Of a stretch of DNA of 64,000 nt, positions 13,221 through 26,038 are shown in pieces. The first letter of the stretch is position 1. Each line of letters begins with the position of its first letter. The position numbers and the translations under genes are program-made. The notes below the pieces were generated by a model. That model did no database searches. It worked only from the letters and a program-made list of their open reading frames with translations, and was not told the origin of the DNA. Location: NCBI RefSeq assembly GCF_021028975.2, contig NC_059430.1, forward strand, positions 49,662,001-49,726,000. Reading direction: 5' to 3'. Source of the stretch: Sphaerodactylus townsendi. Its lineage: Eukaryota.

Positions 13221-13288
13221 CTGATGAAACTCACTGATGCATGCCAAAGCTCATGGCAAAATAAATGAATTTGTCTGTAACGTGCTCA
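13221..13288 (+). mobile_element. Decayed Penelope pLTR fragment (hammerhead-like core)
   Basis: CTGATGA...caaagctcatg...aataaa...tgtctgtaacgtgct resembles the reptile Penelope terminal repeat. The GAAA core is mutated. Confidence 0.4.
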
Positions 13289-16200
13289 TGCCTTTGCCAT
13301 CAAATGCATTTAAATATATATTTTAAGCTCTAAAGAAAAGGCTGGGTTAAATACAAACCAGCTGTATTTTGCAGAAAGTGGCTTATGCTGCATTATAATG
13401 CAGCAGAGGAGCTATCACCCAATTAAAAAGAATACTGTGGTGAACAAATTAAAGTAATAAGATTTCAGAAGACATTTTTGGAAGACATATTGCAGAAACA
13501 CAAGGTCACACAACAGCAGAAAAATATAAATATTAGTTTTTAATGCAATCTGCATAGAAATGACATCATTAATTGTTAATTATTAATCGTCCCCATTTTA
13601 TGTCTCCATCTATTTCCCCGTCTGTTTCTTTTTGCTGTGCCTGGAACACCTTTCCTTCATTATTTATGAAGCTACGTTCACAGGAGTACCTACAGAAAAT
13701 GGCACTCGGGGCAAGCACTGAAATTGCACCCCCCAACATCTGACACCCATCTTTCATGTCTGATACTCTAAGCTTTGTTTATGACTCCTGTAATCCTAGA
13801 CCCATTACATTGCTAACTAGATGTCTTATCCTGTTGATTGCATCATATGGTCTTAAAATTGGAATTAATGAGATATTACTGCGAGATACTTTACATGAAC
13901 AAAGCGCTTGGTCCCAACCTTTATTTCAAATTTTGTATGCCTCCTCTCCAGGAATCTGTCTGAGCTTACATATAATAAAAACAATAAAAACAAAACTTTA
14001 AAAGATGTTAAAATCCAGCATTAACTCCCTCAGCAGAGCATAAAAACACAGACCATAAAAATAAATCACTGAAAAATAAGTTTCCAGATTAAACTACCTT
14101 TGCCTAAAACACCTAAGACTTTTGGTGACATGTAACTGAAACTTTGAAAGTATTAACTGAATTTATTTTGAAATAATACTGATTTCTTTTGCTTAATTCA
14201 AAGACTGAATAGACTAATGCTTCATTTCATGTTTATTTATTTAATTTGAAAGAGAAAATTCTAAACACAGGTGGGCATATGATCAGGAGAGTTGATGAAT
14301 AGTAAAAAAACCACTTTCCTAGTATTGGTTATTAGAAATTTGTTCTATGATTTCCCTTATGTTGTGACAATTGTGAAGGCTGGAATAGTTGCAATGCATT
14401 CACAATTTCAGTCTCTTCTAGCTATATCAAATATAATAAACTAACCTTCTATAACCCATTCAGATGCACTAATCCTAACAAAAGCCATGAAAACAGGGTG
14501 TAGCCATCTGATTGTTTTTAGCCAGCCCAACCATTTAAAAAAGCCTGATCTGTTCCTGTTAGCCAACATGCTATTTTAGACTGAGAACCTTCTGGCACTT
14601 GTCAGTCAAAATAATAATAATAGCTTAGAATCAAGAAGCTTATGCAAAAGACTGAAGATCTGAGACAATAGGTTTTACAGAGTTGAAATAAAGTGGATAA
14701 AGTCGTTTGAGCCATTATACAGGCTGATATTCAAACCCTACTGTTCTCAGTCATGACATAAAAAAATGTGTGTATGGCTGGGGATGGGGGTGGAGGAACA
14801 CTTTTCCCATGAAGGGAAAATTTGTCCCTTCCTATGTCTGCCTGGTTTGCAAAGATAAACATTACCACCTCCAGGTTGCCATTAGTTATCGAGCTGATAC
14901 CTATTCAGGAGAGTTCCCACATTTATACATCCCAGCCAACATCTATGAAAGGGGGAGGAGCTGTTCAAACCCTCTTTAGCATTCAATGCCCGGAATCTCT
15001 CTTTATCCTAAAAGAATGACCTTCTCAGAGAGAGTAACTCCTGTAGAAAAGTGCCTCACCAACCTGTTAATTCCCTTTAAAGCAATGATGGCTTTCTTCA
15101 TTTTGGTTGAGGCTTTGGCAACATGCTTTTGAGCAACCCTAACCTGGCCATCTCCCCCACACCAGGAACACCAGCTGTTCCTTTAGGAAAGCAGGCAAGC
15201 AAGGAGGGAGAAGCATCATGCAGAGAAATTGACTTTTGAAAATACTACTACACAACAGGCTGAAAAAGTCAAAGTCAGGCTGGGCCTCATCGGTGTGGAG
15301 AAGGAGGTATTCCTCACCTGTTAGGGCTAGACACCCCCAAAGATCTAATGACAACCAGATCTTTCCAGACCATGCTGTATCTGTGTGTTGTACCCTCAGC
15401 TGTCTTAGATATTCCCATGAAGCAGGAAGCCCAGGTATTTCCCTGGCTTGCAAACAAGCAAGTCCTGCAACAAAGCGTGCCCTCTGCTCTTCCTCCTCTG
15501 GGCTCACATGCACTCCACCCCCAAAATGCTACAGTGAGTGAATGATCTTTGGGCTGCCTGGTCTTAAAAAAAAACTTTTCAGGCAGAGGTGGGCATAAGC
15601 TCAATACAGCAACTCCAGGCCTCAGACCACCACCCCAAGCTTGTGGCAGCTTTCAACCTTCCCATCCTCCCAGGCCTGCAGCCAGCCAGCAGCTCAGTAC
15701 TCACCCGCCCAACCTTGGCTTGGTCACCCATCCTCCGCTCCACCCCTATACACACAGGCCCATGTGTGCCCCCCCCCGGCTACTTCTTAAAAGTTTCAAA
15801 GGTGAATTCTGCACAGCATATTTATAACAAGTTGCCATCATTATAAATGAACTCGTTTTCCATTTATAAAAAGGGAGAACAAGTTTATAATGATGGTAAC
15901 TAGTTATAAATATGCCGTGTGGAATCCACAAAACTCTCAGTATCTGTAATCCCAGGCTCTCACTAATTGCCAAAGAGGACCACACAGGTTGCATGGTTAG
16001 CAGGAGCCATGTGAGAGTAGACTGTTTGAATTAGTGCAGTTCTTGTTTGCCTTACCCACATGACCACAGAAAGCTGCTCTTCATTGGTTGGAGTAAGACC
16101 ACATGGGTGTTGGCTCCCTGTCCCTCATTTGTCCTCACCCCCAGCCAGTCTCAGGCCTCAAGAACAGTAACTGCATAGGCTTTGCTTCAGCTGCAGTCAC

Positions 16201-16548
16201 TTCCAGTGATTGGGGATTATTACGCATGAGTGGGAAGGAGGCAGCCAACTCCCTCCCCTGGGCAAATGGTGCCAAGGGCAAGAGCCCTGGCTTTCCTCAC
16301 CTAAGCCCTTGGCTACACTCCACTCTACTGGGTCTATACAATTATAAAAAAGGGTGACTGGCTTGGAAATTCCTAGATATTTAGGGGTAATACCTAGGGA
16401 GGAAGAGGAGAGGGAGCTCAGTGGGACTTTCTGGTTCTCTTTCATGGTATATTAAATTATTCCTGTGTCTGATTGCTTATAGAAACAAAAAAAAGTAATA
16501 GTAATACAATACCATAATTTATTTATTTTAGATGTCTCCTGATACACA

Positions 16549-17103
16549 GGCCATTTCCGAGCAGCACAATTATGCCTGGGTAGACACAGGATAATACATA
16601 CTGTGGCGATTTTATCCCAGTTTCTGCCTCCACATGGCTCCTCACTTTTTCCCAGGAGCCAAGGCAGGACCGGGAGATAATACTCCAGTTTATTCCCCAT
16701 TGACAAAAGACAGAGGGAATGGTCCCCCCCTTTCCCCTTCCTACACGATCCACATCTCGCCAGGTCCAAAGACAGAGGGAATGGCTCTCCCCCCCAGCTT
16801 CCCCCTTCCTACATGATCCACCCCTCACTGGCAGAGGGGGCTCCCCCCAGTGGGAAAGTGGAGAGGTGGGAAAAATATACCAGGTCTGCTCCTGTGGTAT
16901 TTGCATGGCAGCAGGGTCACCCTGGGATCTTTTAAAAAAACCACTAAACTGGTGATTTTTTAATATCATGGGGCAAGGGAAATATCACGGGGGCAGCACC
17001 GGGGTAGGCCCGTGTTAGTGCCTGGGAGCGGTGTGGAATTCACAGCTGAACTGGGATATTTTTCTTGCTCACCCCAGGATATTTTGACTGTGCAAAAACA
17101 GCC
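16549..17103. mobile_element. Harbinger-like MITE with 3-bp TSD
   Basis: GGCCATTTCCGAGCAG / CTGTGCAAAAACAGCC imperfect TIRs; ACA on both sides; internal ~50-bp direct repeat at 16704-16821. Confidence 0.65.
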
Positions 17104-17960
17104 ACAGTGTCACAGGTTATTTTTGATCAAGATATATGAACAGAGGCATGGTTTAAACCGTACAGAAATCTCTGCCCTGGGAGTACATCTGTGAATAATT
17201 GGCTTGTGTTTAGTTTATGAAACCAGGATTCTGCTTATTCAGTCAAATTCTGGTTTATCTTGACAATTACTGCTCTCGTCACCTTTGACCTAAGTAATCA
17301 GCTCTGTGGCCAATATACAAAGACTACCTGAGGAAACAAGCCAGATTTAAGCCAGGATGTCTGCATTCATACCTCATGTGGTTAAGACTAACTTCCATAA
17401 TCAACCCACTGTTTAAATGTAAGCTTTTGGATTCCTGCAGCTACCTATGAAATTTATCTAAGGGCATAGCAATTCGGTGGGAGGAGGGAGGGGAGCATAA
17501 TCTGTCCTCATATCCTAAGTACAAAATGCTTTTAGTGAGAACTTCTAACTTTTTAATCCGGTGCTAAATAATTGAGCAGGGTGAGTAATGCAGCAGCCAA
17601 AAATGAAAGAACCATAAACACTGACTGCGGTAGTACATTTACTTTTAGTAGTGGTGATTCTGACCTGAAGAGTTCCGTAGCCACATAAATATTTTAAATG
17701 GCTGAAAAAACTCAAATATTCGTTGTTTGCCCAGACATTAAATATGCAACAGCTAAGGGAAACATTTTACTAATAGAATCATTCTATATAGCCATAAACT
17801 TTGCTGTTAGTTTACAGGTGTTTCTAAAAATAAACAGGCAAGCAATAAGGATATCATAAAAAGATTCAGGTTTTTAACTTCCACTGAGTGCCAGTAATTG
17901 TACAGGAAGGGTGAGGACAATGCTTTGCTTTGCCAAACAGTGAGGCCACTTACATTAAAA

Positions 17961-18173
17961 GAGAGCTTTCTAGCATGGTGAAGTGGTTGGTATGTTTGAT
18001 TAGGTTCTGGATGACCCAGGTTCAGATTCCCACTCAGCGAAAAAGCTTGCTGGTTGACCTTGGGTTAGTCAATCTCTCTCATCCTAATTTACCTCACAAG
18101 GCTGTTGTGAGAATAAAATGCACATAGGGAAAATGATGTTGTAAACCACTTCATACATTTCGGAATAAATAAA
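17961..18173 (+). mobile_element. tRNA-derived SINE (CORE/L2 tail)
   Basis: A-box-like tggtgaagtgg, B-box-like ggttcagattcc, acctcacaaggctgttgtgagaataaaatg, and an AATAAATAAA tail. Confidence 0.75.
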
Positions 18174-20160
18174 AACAGTTGTTGAAGCATCCCTAATTAT
18201 TACGTTTACATTATGGATGGGAATTTGAACCAGGAATTGCTGTTCTTAAATACCCCAAAGAAAAAGATTTGAACATGCACTTATGGCTCATTTGCTTAAC
18301 CACTATGATAAACTGGCTTGTAAAAAAAAAAGCCAACACAAAATGGTTAGATCACTTTGGACTTCAAGTCAGCCTTCAAAAATATTTAGCCAATGTAGAG
18401 AATACTCTTAAGGATACTTTCTTGGAAGGAAGCCCCTTTGAACAATATCTGTCTGTCCACGTCTGCAAGGCATGTCTGAGGTTAATGCATATGAGATTAA
18501 ATGTGAGGAAAGACAGTGTGTTTGGACTAGTTTTGCCATTTGCCTAGCCATAGTAGGTAAATCTGCACCCTCAAAAAATTGAAGAGAAGGGAAAAAAAGG
18601 CCAGAAAGTGGCTTCCATAGTGATACTCTAGGAATTCCCCAAAGGGAATTAAGGGAGATTAAGGAAAATTCCTGCAGCATCACCCAGAATTGATGTCACA
18701 CTTTCTTTAAGCACTGCCCTTACAGTCTCCCAGCTTTGCCAAGGCAGTGCTGGCAACTCTAGTTTGAGTATGGAATTGCAGCTGGTAGAGAGAGGGGAGA
18801 GAAGTTTCATTTTGATGGCAGGACCTGCTGTATCATCCAGCAAAGGAAGGCTGTGTCCTTAGGTTTATAGATGGGGATGGGGTGGGGGGAGAGCAAAAGC
18901 CCTCAGCTTCACATCTTTATTCTAGCCTTACCCTCTTCTTGCTGTCAAATGCTCTGCTTTGCCTTATGTGGTGTCTGTGTGCTGTAATCACTGGCATTGT
19001 TTTCAAGTGTAAAAGTTCACCAACAACCATTGCTTGAGGCTGTCAAGTGTTTTTTGCATGTTCCTCAGAAAAGATAGAGCAGTCTGGGGTAATCTGACCC
19101 AGTACTCAGACAGAGAACAGAAACATTATTGAGCCTTTATGAAGTGCTTCCTCATGTGTCAGTTTTGCCATTCACAGCAATGCTGGTTAGTCTGAGTCAG
19201 TTTCAGTTCCACCATTAGGCAACATGTGTGAATTTTGAACAGTGCAGATGAATAGGGCCAGTTGATACGACAGATCCTTTTGTTGCTTGCATAATAAGCA
19301 AGCTCTCACAGCACCTTCTGTCTCATATAATTTATTCTGAGTCACGCTTGAATATTTACCATTTACTTACCAGGCATATAATACTTACCATATGTACACA
19401 CTAAGATTAATGTAAGTCACCTAGAGAATGTGCATAAAATATGGCAGTTGTGTATGTTTACTGAATATTGTGGATAATGTATGGATAGGAGGATGAAGAG
19501 GAAACTATTTCTTTCTGGGTTAACATGCATGACTTTCAGGTCCCGCTTGGCTACCTGCACTGACCAGATAATGCACACTGACCATAAAACGTGTGCTTCC
19601 ACACTTGGGTGCTTCCACACTATGGTGATTTCTCATGGTTGTCTGCTTGATCATGCAGTTCTGTGTGAAATTGCCTTTACAACAGAGATTTCATGCAGCC
19701 CAGAGTAATTGTTTTCTCTCAAGTTTTAGCCATCTTTTCCCTTTCACACCTGATGTGCATTCTTGTATAATCTTCAGAATTTTTCACTTGTCTGCTTTAA
19801 TTTTTTTTTGAGAAGCCAGGGTAATATTCGATAGAAAAAATGCAACACATTTATAACAGTAAAACTCCTCTGAGGATCCACTACTCTCTATCTAAGAGCA
19901 AGCAATTCTCCTTTGATATGTTGATTTATGTGGGGGACTAGCCCCTTGCAGTTATCCATACCTGAAAAACTGACTAGCACTTCCCCCAATGTATGGTTTC
20001 TCCTTTGGATCAAGAGACTACTTGTACCCATAGTATGTTACCAAGGAAACATCAGTCCTTTTGAAAGTTTAAAATATAAAAGATTTTGGGGAGAAGGAAT
20101 GGGCTGTTAATGGTCTGTGCACAAATGGAGGATGACATCATGTGCAAATATGAAAAAACC

Positions 20161-20415
20161 AAGAAGAAGAAAAATAATTTAGTTTTATACCCTGTTTTTC
20201 TCAACCATAAGGAGTCTCAAAGTGGCTTATGAACTCCTTTCCTTGCTCTTTACATAACAGACACCTTGTGAAGTAGGTGAAACTGAGAGAGTTCTGGGAA
20301 AACTACGACTGGCCCAAGATTACCCAGCAGACTTCATGTGTAGGAGTGGTGAATCAAACTTGGTTCTCCAGATTAGAGTCCACTGCTCTTAACCACTACA
20401 CCACACTGGCTCCCC
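20161..20415 (-). mobile_element. tRNA-derived SINE with (TTC)n tail
   Basis: Reverse complement begins ggggagccagtgtggtgtagtggttaagagc and ends in cttcttctt. Same family as 27155 and 55525. Confidence 0.85.
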
Positions 20416-20700
20416 GTTGGGTGGCTGAAACATAAGAAATCTTTGGTGTGAAACAGCCCCTGTGAGTTGCTGGTTGTTGTTCTGCATGTTCCCTGACATC
20501 ATTTAGTCCCCGTTAATGTTGACTATAGAATATGCAAAATCACTTTTTGTTCTCTGTGATGTTCAATTCATGTATCCCATGGCTGAATTTTATACATAGA
20601 ATTTCCTGTCATTAATCTCTTAAGCCCTGCAATTTTATTATACTTCAGATTCATAACCGTACTTGGGTACTAAAAAAGGGAGATGGTTGCTTACACCCTA

Positions 20701-20775
20701 ATTGGCCATGCTGGCAGGGGCTGATGGGAATTGTAGTTCCTGAACATCTGGAGAGCCGCAGGTTCCCTACCCCTG
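20701..20775. mobile_element. Half copy (right arm only) of palindromic hAT MITE
   Basis: Matches the right arm of 21808-21955 starting at the central ATTGG. TSD remnant cccta on the left, ccctaaag on the right. Confidence 0.88.
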
Positions 20776-21807
20776 CCCTAAAGGGTGTTGCCTTGAGCAA
20801 CAGTATGAAAGTTCTCCCAGCATTCAATTCAGTGGTTTAGGTCATGACATTCTCTAGTTTGTAGCACCAAAATATTTGCTGATTCATGTGCAATTAAAGG
20901 GAGCAAGAATTTTTCTTTAAATTTTATCATAGGAAAATATGAGTTTTGAAAAGCAAAGTAGGTCACAGGTGGTAAGGCTCCTTGGAGAACAACTCAGAAC
21001 AAATGGCGGTAATAGGGCAGCTGCTGCTTCATATGGGAATAAAGGCAGAGCCAGCAGTCCAAAATGTGCAAAAAATCCCAGAGAGTTTTGTTGGGGCTTT
21101 TTTTGCATGCTCAACTTAAATCTTATTTATTTTGGAAGTCAATCCACAAGCGCTGGAATTGGTTTCAACACAGTTCCCCTGCATGTCTGCCCTCCCTCTG
21201 ATATTTACAGTTGTGGTGCTAGTCTATTTTCTTCTACAGGTGCTTTCAGTAAGGAGGATTTTCAAGGGAAGCACTGAAATCATTGGTGACGGTCATCAGT
21301 GGCATCACAGTACACCCCCCTTTAAAAATGCCATTAAAATATTGCTATATTGCTAGAGTGTTGTAACAGTAGGCTTAGCAGGTCCTTTGGATTTCCAGAT
21401 TTCATTTTTATAAAAATAAGTCTCTATGCCTTTCTGTCTCAGAGATGTGACTTTTTCTTTATATGTCCATGAGGAAAGAGGCTAGAGGCTTTTCAAAGAA
21501 AATTAAAGTTGTGGATTCAGATGAACTGCTAAGCCTATTGTTACAGTGCTGCAGCAATATATCGATATTTTAGTCCTATTTTTTTAAAAAAGAGAAAAAT
21601 CACCCATTTTCAGGGTATTTACAGCCTTAAAGGGTTTTTTACAGGGGGTTCAAGGGACTCCAATTCAGGAGGTAGCAAGACATGAATATGTGTGGAGGTA
21701 ATAATTAATGGTGTCTCAAAGCACATGCAAGCCAGAGTTAAATTAGAGGAGCTGGAGAATTGAAAGGTCTCAGCTTCATGCATATGGGACTCAGCAAGCC
21801 CCTAGGT

Positions 21808-21955
21808 CAGGGGTAGGGAACCTGCGGCTCTCCAGATGTTCAGGAACTACAATTCCCATCAGCCCCTACCAGCATGGCCAATTGGCCATGCTGACAGAGG
21901 CTGATGGGAATTGTAGTTCCTGAACATCTGGAGAGCCGCAGGTTCCCTACCCCTG
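21808..21955. mobile_element. Fully palindromic hAT (Charlie/Buster-type) MITE, intact
   Basis: 148-bp near-perfect palindrome centred on CCAATTGG; TSD CCCTAGGT (nnnTAnnn) at 21800-21807 and 21956-21963. Confidence 0.93.
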
Positions 21956-22621
21956 CCCTAGGTGAATGGATAAGTTGGATACTTCAGTCCTTTCATTACA
22001 AAGAAGTCACACTTGGGAAGGAGCGCTTAGTCCACTCAACCCTTTCCCCAAATCTGCTTTGGATGTTATCTTTTTGGAAAGATAGAACCAAAGCAGGTTT
22101 GGGAAAGACTGCTGTGGAGCTAGGAAAAATTTGACAGGTGGTCAACAGCAAGATGATGTTGTGTGGAAGCCTCTCAAAAGTAACCATTGCAGTTGAGGCA
22201 GGGAGAGCTCAACAAAGCATCCATACGGGAGCAAAATGCCAAATACATTTCAAAAGCTAGGTACTCAGATAAGAGCTGGGAACATGCACGCAATCTTGAA
22301 TGTCAATTAGGAGTGAACAACAGTACTTGCTAATAGGCCATGAAAGAAATGGAAAGAATGAATTCTACCAAAGCAGTGACCCTAAGTACATACTCAGTTG
22401 TCTCTCCAGCAAAATGAAGGTTAAACACTAACTGCAGGATTTTTTATTCCACTTTGAGAGAATTTCATTGATATCAGGACGTCTTCAGATGACCTGAAGC
22501 ACAGGTACAGTGACAACCAAGTGTGCAAAACAACAGTCAGTGATTATTGCACATTCCCTCATTTCCTTATTGCAGTTTTGTTTTCAGCTATGAAGAACTT
22601 TCCCTGGATGAAGCTTTAGTG

Positions 22622-22757
22622 TAGGGATGTCCAAACTATGGCCCTCCAGATGTCCATGGACTATGATTACATAAGCTTTGCAATTGGCCATGCTGGCAGG
22701 GGCTGATGGAAATTGTAGTTCATGAACATCTGGAGGGCCATAGGTTGGACACTCCTG
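22622..22757. mobile_element. Palindromic hAT MITE with inner left arm replaced by filler
   Basis: Right arm is complete from CAATTGG. Inner left arm is replaced by tgattacataagctttg. TSD ctttagtg/ctttagcc. Confidence 0.8.
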
Positions 22758-23341
22758 CTTTAGCCTTTTTGGAAGGGAATAGAAAGTCATGTTAATTGTT
22801 CCTTATTTCCTGGATCATGAGTTTAGATTTGTTTAACATCATTCACCAACGAGTTAATTCTTTCTCTTTTTTCTGGAGAGCCAACTGAAAAATGATATAT
22901 TGACAACAGGTGATTCAGTATGTCATTGGCACCTGGGTTTATCATAATTATGGTGAAAGGACAGTAACAGAGGAAGTGGAACACATAAAATAAACATATG
23001 TGATCAGCCTGCATAGCAGTTTATGACCTGAGTTTAAGAAACCGTACACATATTCAGTTGTTTGGTTTTTCTGAAAGTCATCAAAAGCAATGCTGCTTAG
23101 CAACTGAAAGTATTGACAACAAAACAATGAAATGCAAGTTATGTTGCAAGACAGGAAGCCCAGCCCCACCAGGCCGTGAGACAAAGGTTTCCGATATAAT
23201 TGAAATTAGACAAAAGATGTATTATGATCCAACTGTAGATAAGTAAATTGTATAATCAGAAAGACTAGTACAGCGGATGAAACAAGGAAGATCTGGGGCC
23301 AAGTCCCCTTTCAGCCATAAAGCTTATAGCAACTGTGGGCC

Positions 23342-23835
23342 AGAGGCGTGCTAGGGGAAAATGACACCCAGAGCCCTTGCATGCCTGGCACCCCCCCGCC
23401 CCACTTACCTTAGCCGGCGAAGGAGGGTTGCAGCAGGCTTCCGACCCACCTGCTCCTTCAGCCGGTGAAGGTTGGGCTGGGAGCCTGCCACAGGCTGCCT
23501 CTCGGCCCAGCCTTGCCAGGCTGCCCTGGTCCCGCTGCCACCCTCCCCTGCCAGTTGAAGGAGCAGCCAGGCCAGGAGACTGCTGCGGGCCCACTGGGCA
23601 CCCTCACGTGATCAGCTGGTGGAGGAGGGCGGCGGTGGTCCCAGGAAGCCTGCCATGTGTTGCCCCTCTGCCCAGCCTCACCAGGCTGCTCTGGTCCCGC
23701 TGCTGCCAGCTGAAGGAGCAGCTGAGCTGGGAGCCTGCTACAGGCCTGCCGGGCCCCTCATATGATCAGCCAGTGGAGGAGGGCAGTGGTGCTCCCCGGC
23801 AGGCCGCCTCTCAGCCTGGCCCAGCCAGGCTGCTT
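23342..23835. mobile_element. Truncated GC-rich hAT-type element with ~165-bp internal tandem duplication
   Basis: Left end CAGAGGCGTGCTAGGGGAAAATG; unit ...ccaggctgc...tggtcccgctgc...tgaaggagcagc...tgatcagc...gtggaggagggc repeated about 2.3 times. Confidence 0.65.
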
Positions 23836-24507
23836 CTTCCTTTTAAATAGATAAGATGAATCCATAGGTATCAAGACAGTACTGAACATTTGCTTCATGT
23901 GGAGATGTATTTCCCCCTCCCATGAATTATCCAGTATGTTGGCACCAAAGTGTACTGACCTTATCCTCTACTGAGCGAATACCTCAAACAAGGATGGGAA
24001 TATAAATAGCACTGATGAGAATGGTTGGGGATTCTCTGTAATACATAGCATAGAGTTACATAGCCAGATTATTCCCTCATGTAAATCCAGGAAACCCCTC
24101 TGAAGGCCATATGAAGTGCTGGACAGATGTAATGAAGAACAGAATTTAATAACAGGGATAGCTCACATTTTTTTGATACTTAATCACCAGACTTCATATG
24201 GAGCAAGCAAGACAGGACTCACTGTTACTTAAAAAATCCAACAGAACTACTTTTTGTAATAAACTGAACTACTTTCTGTAATAAAAATTACCTTAGTGAA
24301 TTCCCATCCAAGAAAGAGTATACCAATTTTCTACTGTCCAAAAACCATGGTATCACTTTCCTCGCTGTAATTTGAACAGGGTTCAAATTTGTATCCATGG
24401 CTAAACCTAAAATGGCGAGTCTCATTACACATAATAAATAAGTTGTGCTGTAAATTTCAGACATATATTTTAGCCAATCTCTACTGGATCACCAGAAGAA
24501 GAGAACA

Positions 24508-25050
24508 CAATGGTGCACTGCCACAAAACAGCACCCAGGGCTTGCCCTGGGCACTGCACCCATCCCCCAGCCAAAATCTTTCCACTCCCTTCACCACCAC
24601 CAAACTCCCCCCACTCTCCTCGCTGCCACCAAACTCCCCCTTCCCTTCCAGCTCCTGCTGAACTCTTCCTGTACCCCACTGCCGAACTCCGCCCACCCCC
24701 CACAGCCAAACTCCTGCCACCATCCCCTCAAAAAACCCCTCAACAAACCTTTTCCTTTTCTGAGTGGCACCGAACAGCAACACACTGGCCTTTAGTTTGT
24801 TGCTGGTCAGCATTGCTCAGAGGAGGAAAAAGTTTGATGGGATGGTTGTGTGTGGGTGTGTGGGTATGTGTGACGCAGCAGCAGGGGGAGTTTGGCAGTG
24901 GAGGTGGGGGAAGATCTGTGGTAGGGGGAGTTTGGTCGAGATCGGGCACAGGGGGGAAGAAGGGGTGGAATGCTCTAGCGGAATGCTGAGTGTGCTTCCC
25001 TTGTGACCCATGTGAATGGTGCCTAGGTCATCTGCCCCCCTACACCAAGA
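24508..25050. mobile_element. hAT-type non-autonomous element with 8-bp TSD
   Basis: TSD AGAGAACA at 24500-24507 and 25051-25058; C-rich left half (ccaaactcccc) mirrors G-rich right half (ggggagtttgg). Confidence 0.7.
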
Positions 25051-25569
25051 AGAGAACAGCATAGAGTTCATAGCCTACAGACATATGGTTTACTTGAGAT
25101 CTCTCTAGCTTTATTTCAGCTCTTGCAGACATCAGATCTTGTTCTGAAGGATCTGGATACAACAATGGTGTAATGTGGTTTGTCAGAAGGCACACACATA
25201 ATCTAGGCCTCTAAAGAGAAATCTGCTGTACTTTGCTTGAGTGTAGTTGCTGTATTGCCTATTGCTGATAATGAGCATGAAGAACTCTAGTGAAATCTAA
25301 GTACTTCTGTGTTGAATCACTGCACTTATGTAGCTCCAGGCATATTTTGCATCTTAAATTGTTTCCATATGTCACTGTTTTTGTCCCATGGTTCACATCT
25401 CTCTGATATCTCTTTTATCCCAGTATAGGGGAACTAATTGAAATGTATTTTGATATACTTGAAAATGCAAATGTTATTCTTTTTCTCCATTACTGCCTTT
25501 TTGCTGTGCTTGTGCGATGGTAAATCAAATTCTGTAGACTCCAATATTAAATAATGGATAGTTTGAAAC

Positions 25570-25843
25570 AGAAAACTCCAGCTTCACATATACATTGATG
25601 GGATCTGTGCTGGCAGCGACAGACCAAGAAAGGGATCTTGGGATGCAAGTGGATAGCTCGATGAAAATGTCAACCCATAGTACGGCCGCTGTGAAAAAGG
25701 CAAATTCTATGCTGGTTATAATTAAGCAAATGATATACAAGAAAACTAGTGCTATCATACTGCCCCTATATAAATCTATGGGAGACCAAACTTGGAAAAC
25801 TATGTACAGTTCTAGTCACCACACCTAAAAAAAGGATATTGCA
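25570..25843 (+). mobile_element. CR1 LINE ORF2 fragment
   Basis: YTLMGSVLAATDQERDLGMQVDSSMKMS...AAVKKANSML...ILPLYKSM is the classic CR1 post-RT region. Confidence 0.92.
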
Positions 25844-26038
25844 GACAAAGTTGGATCTACATTTTTGAAGGGAGGCAAACACAAAATGAATATATTAAAT
25901 ATTAAATACATGTTTTCTTATATATACCTATATAATCAATTTATATAATCAACAAATCTTTTCAATGATAGAATAAATTATGTTGACCTCTACGAACTGT
26001 TATAAGTACACTTTTACATTATTTTATCTATCTATAAT

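Noticed and set aside
23100-23160. DNKTMKCKLCCK resembling a BED zinc finger
   Set aside because: No upstream W/F motif or downstream His residues.
23265-24989. 157-aa and 159-aa Pro-rich ORFs
   Set aside because: Low-complexity interiors of hAT-type elements; no protein family signal.
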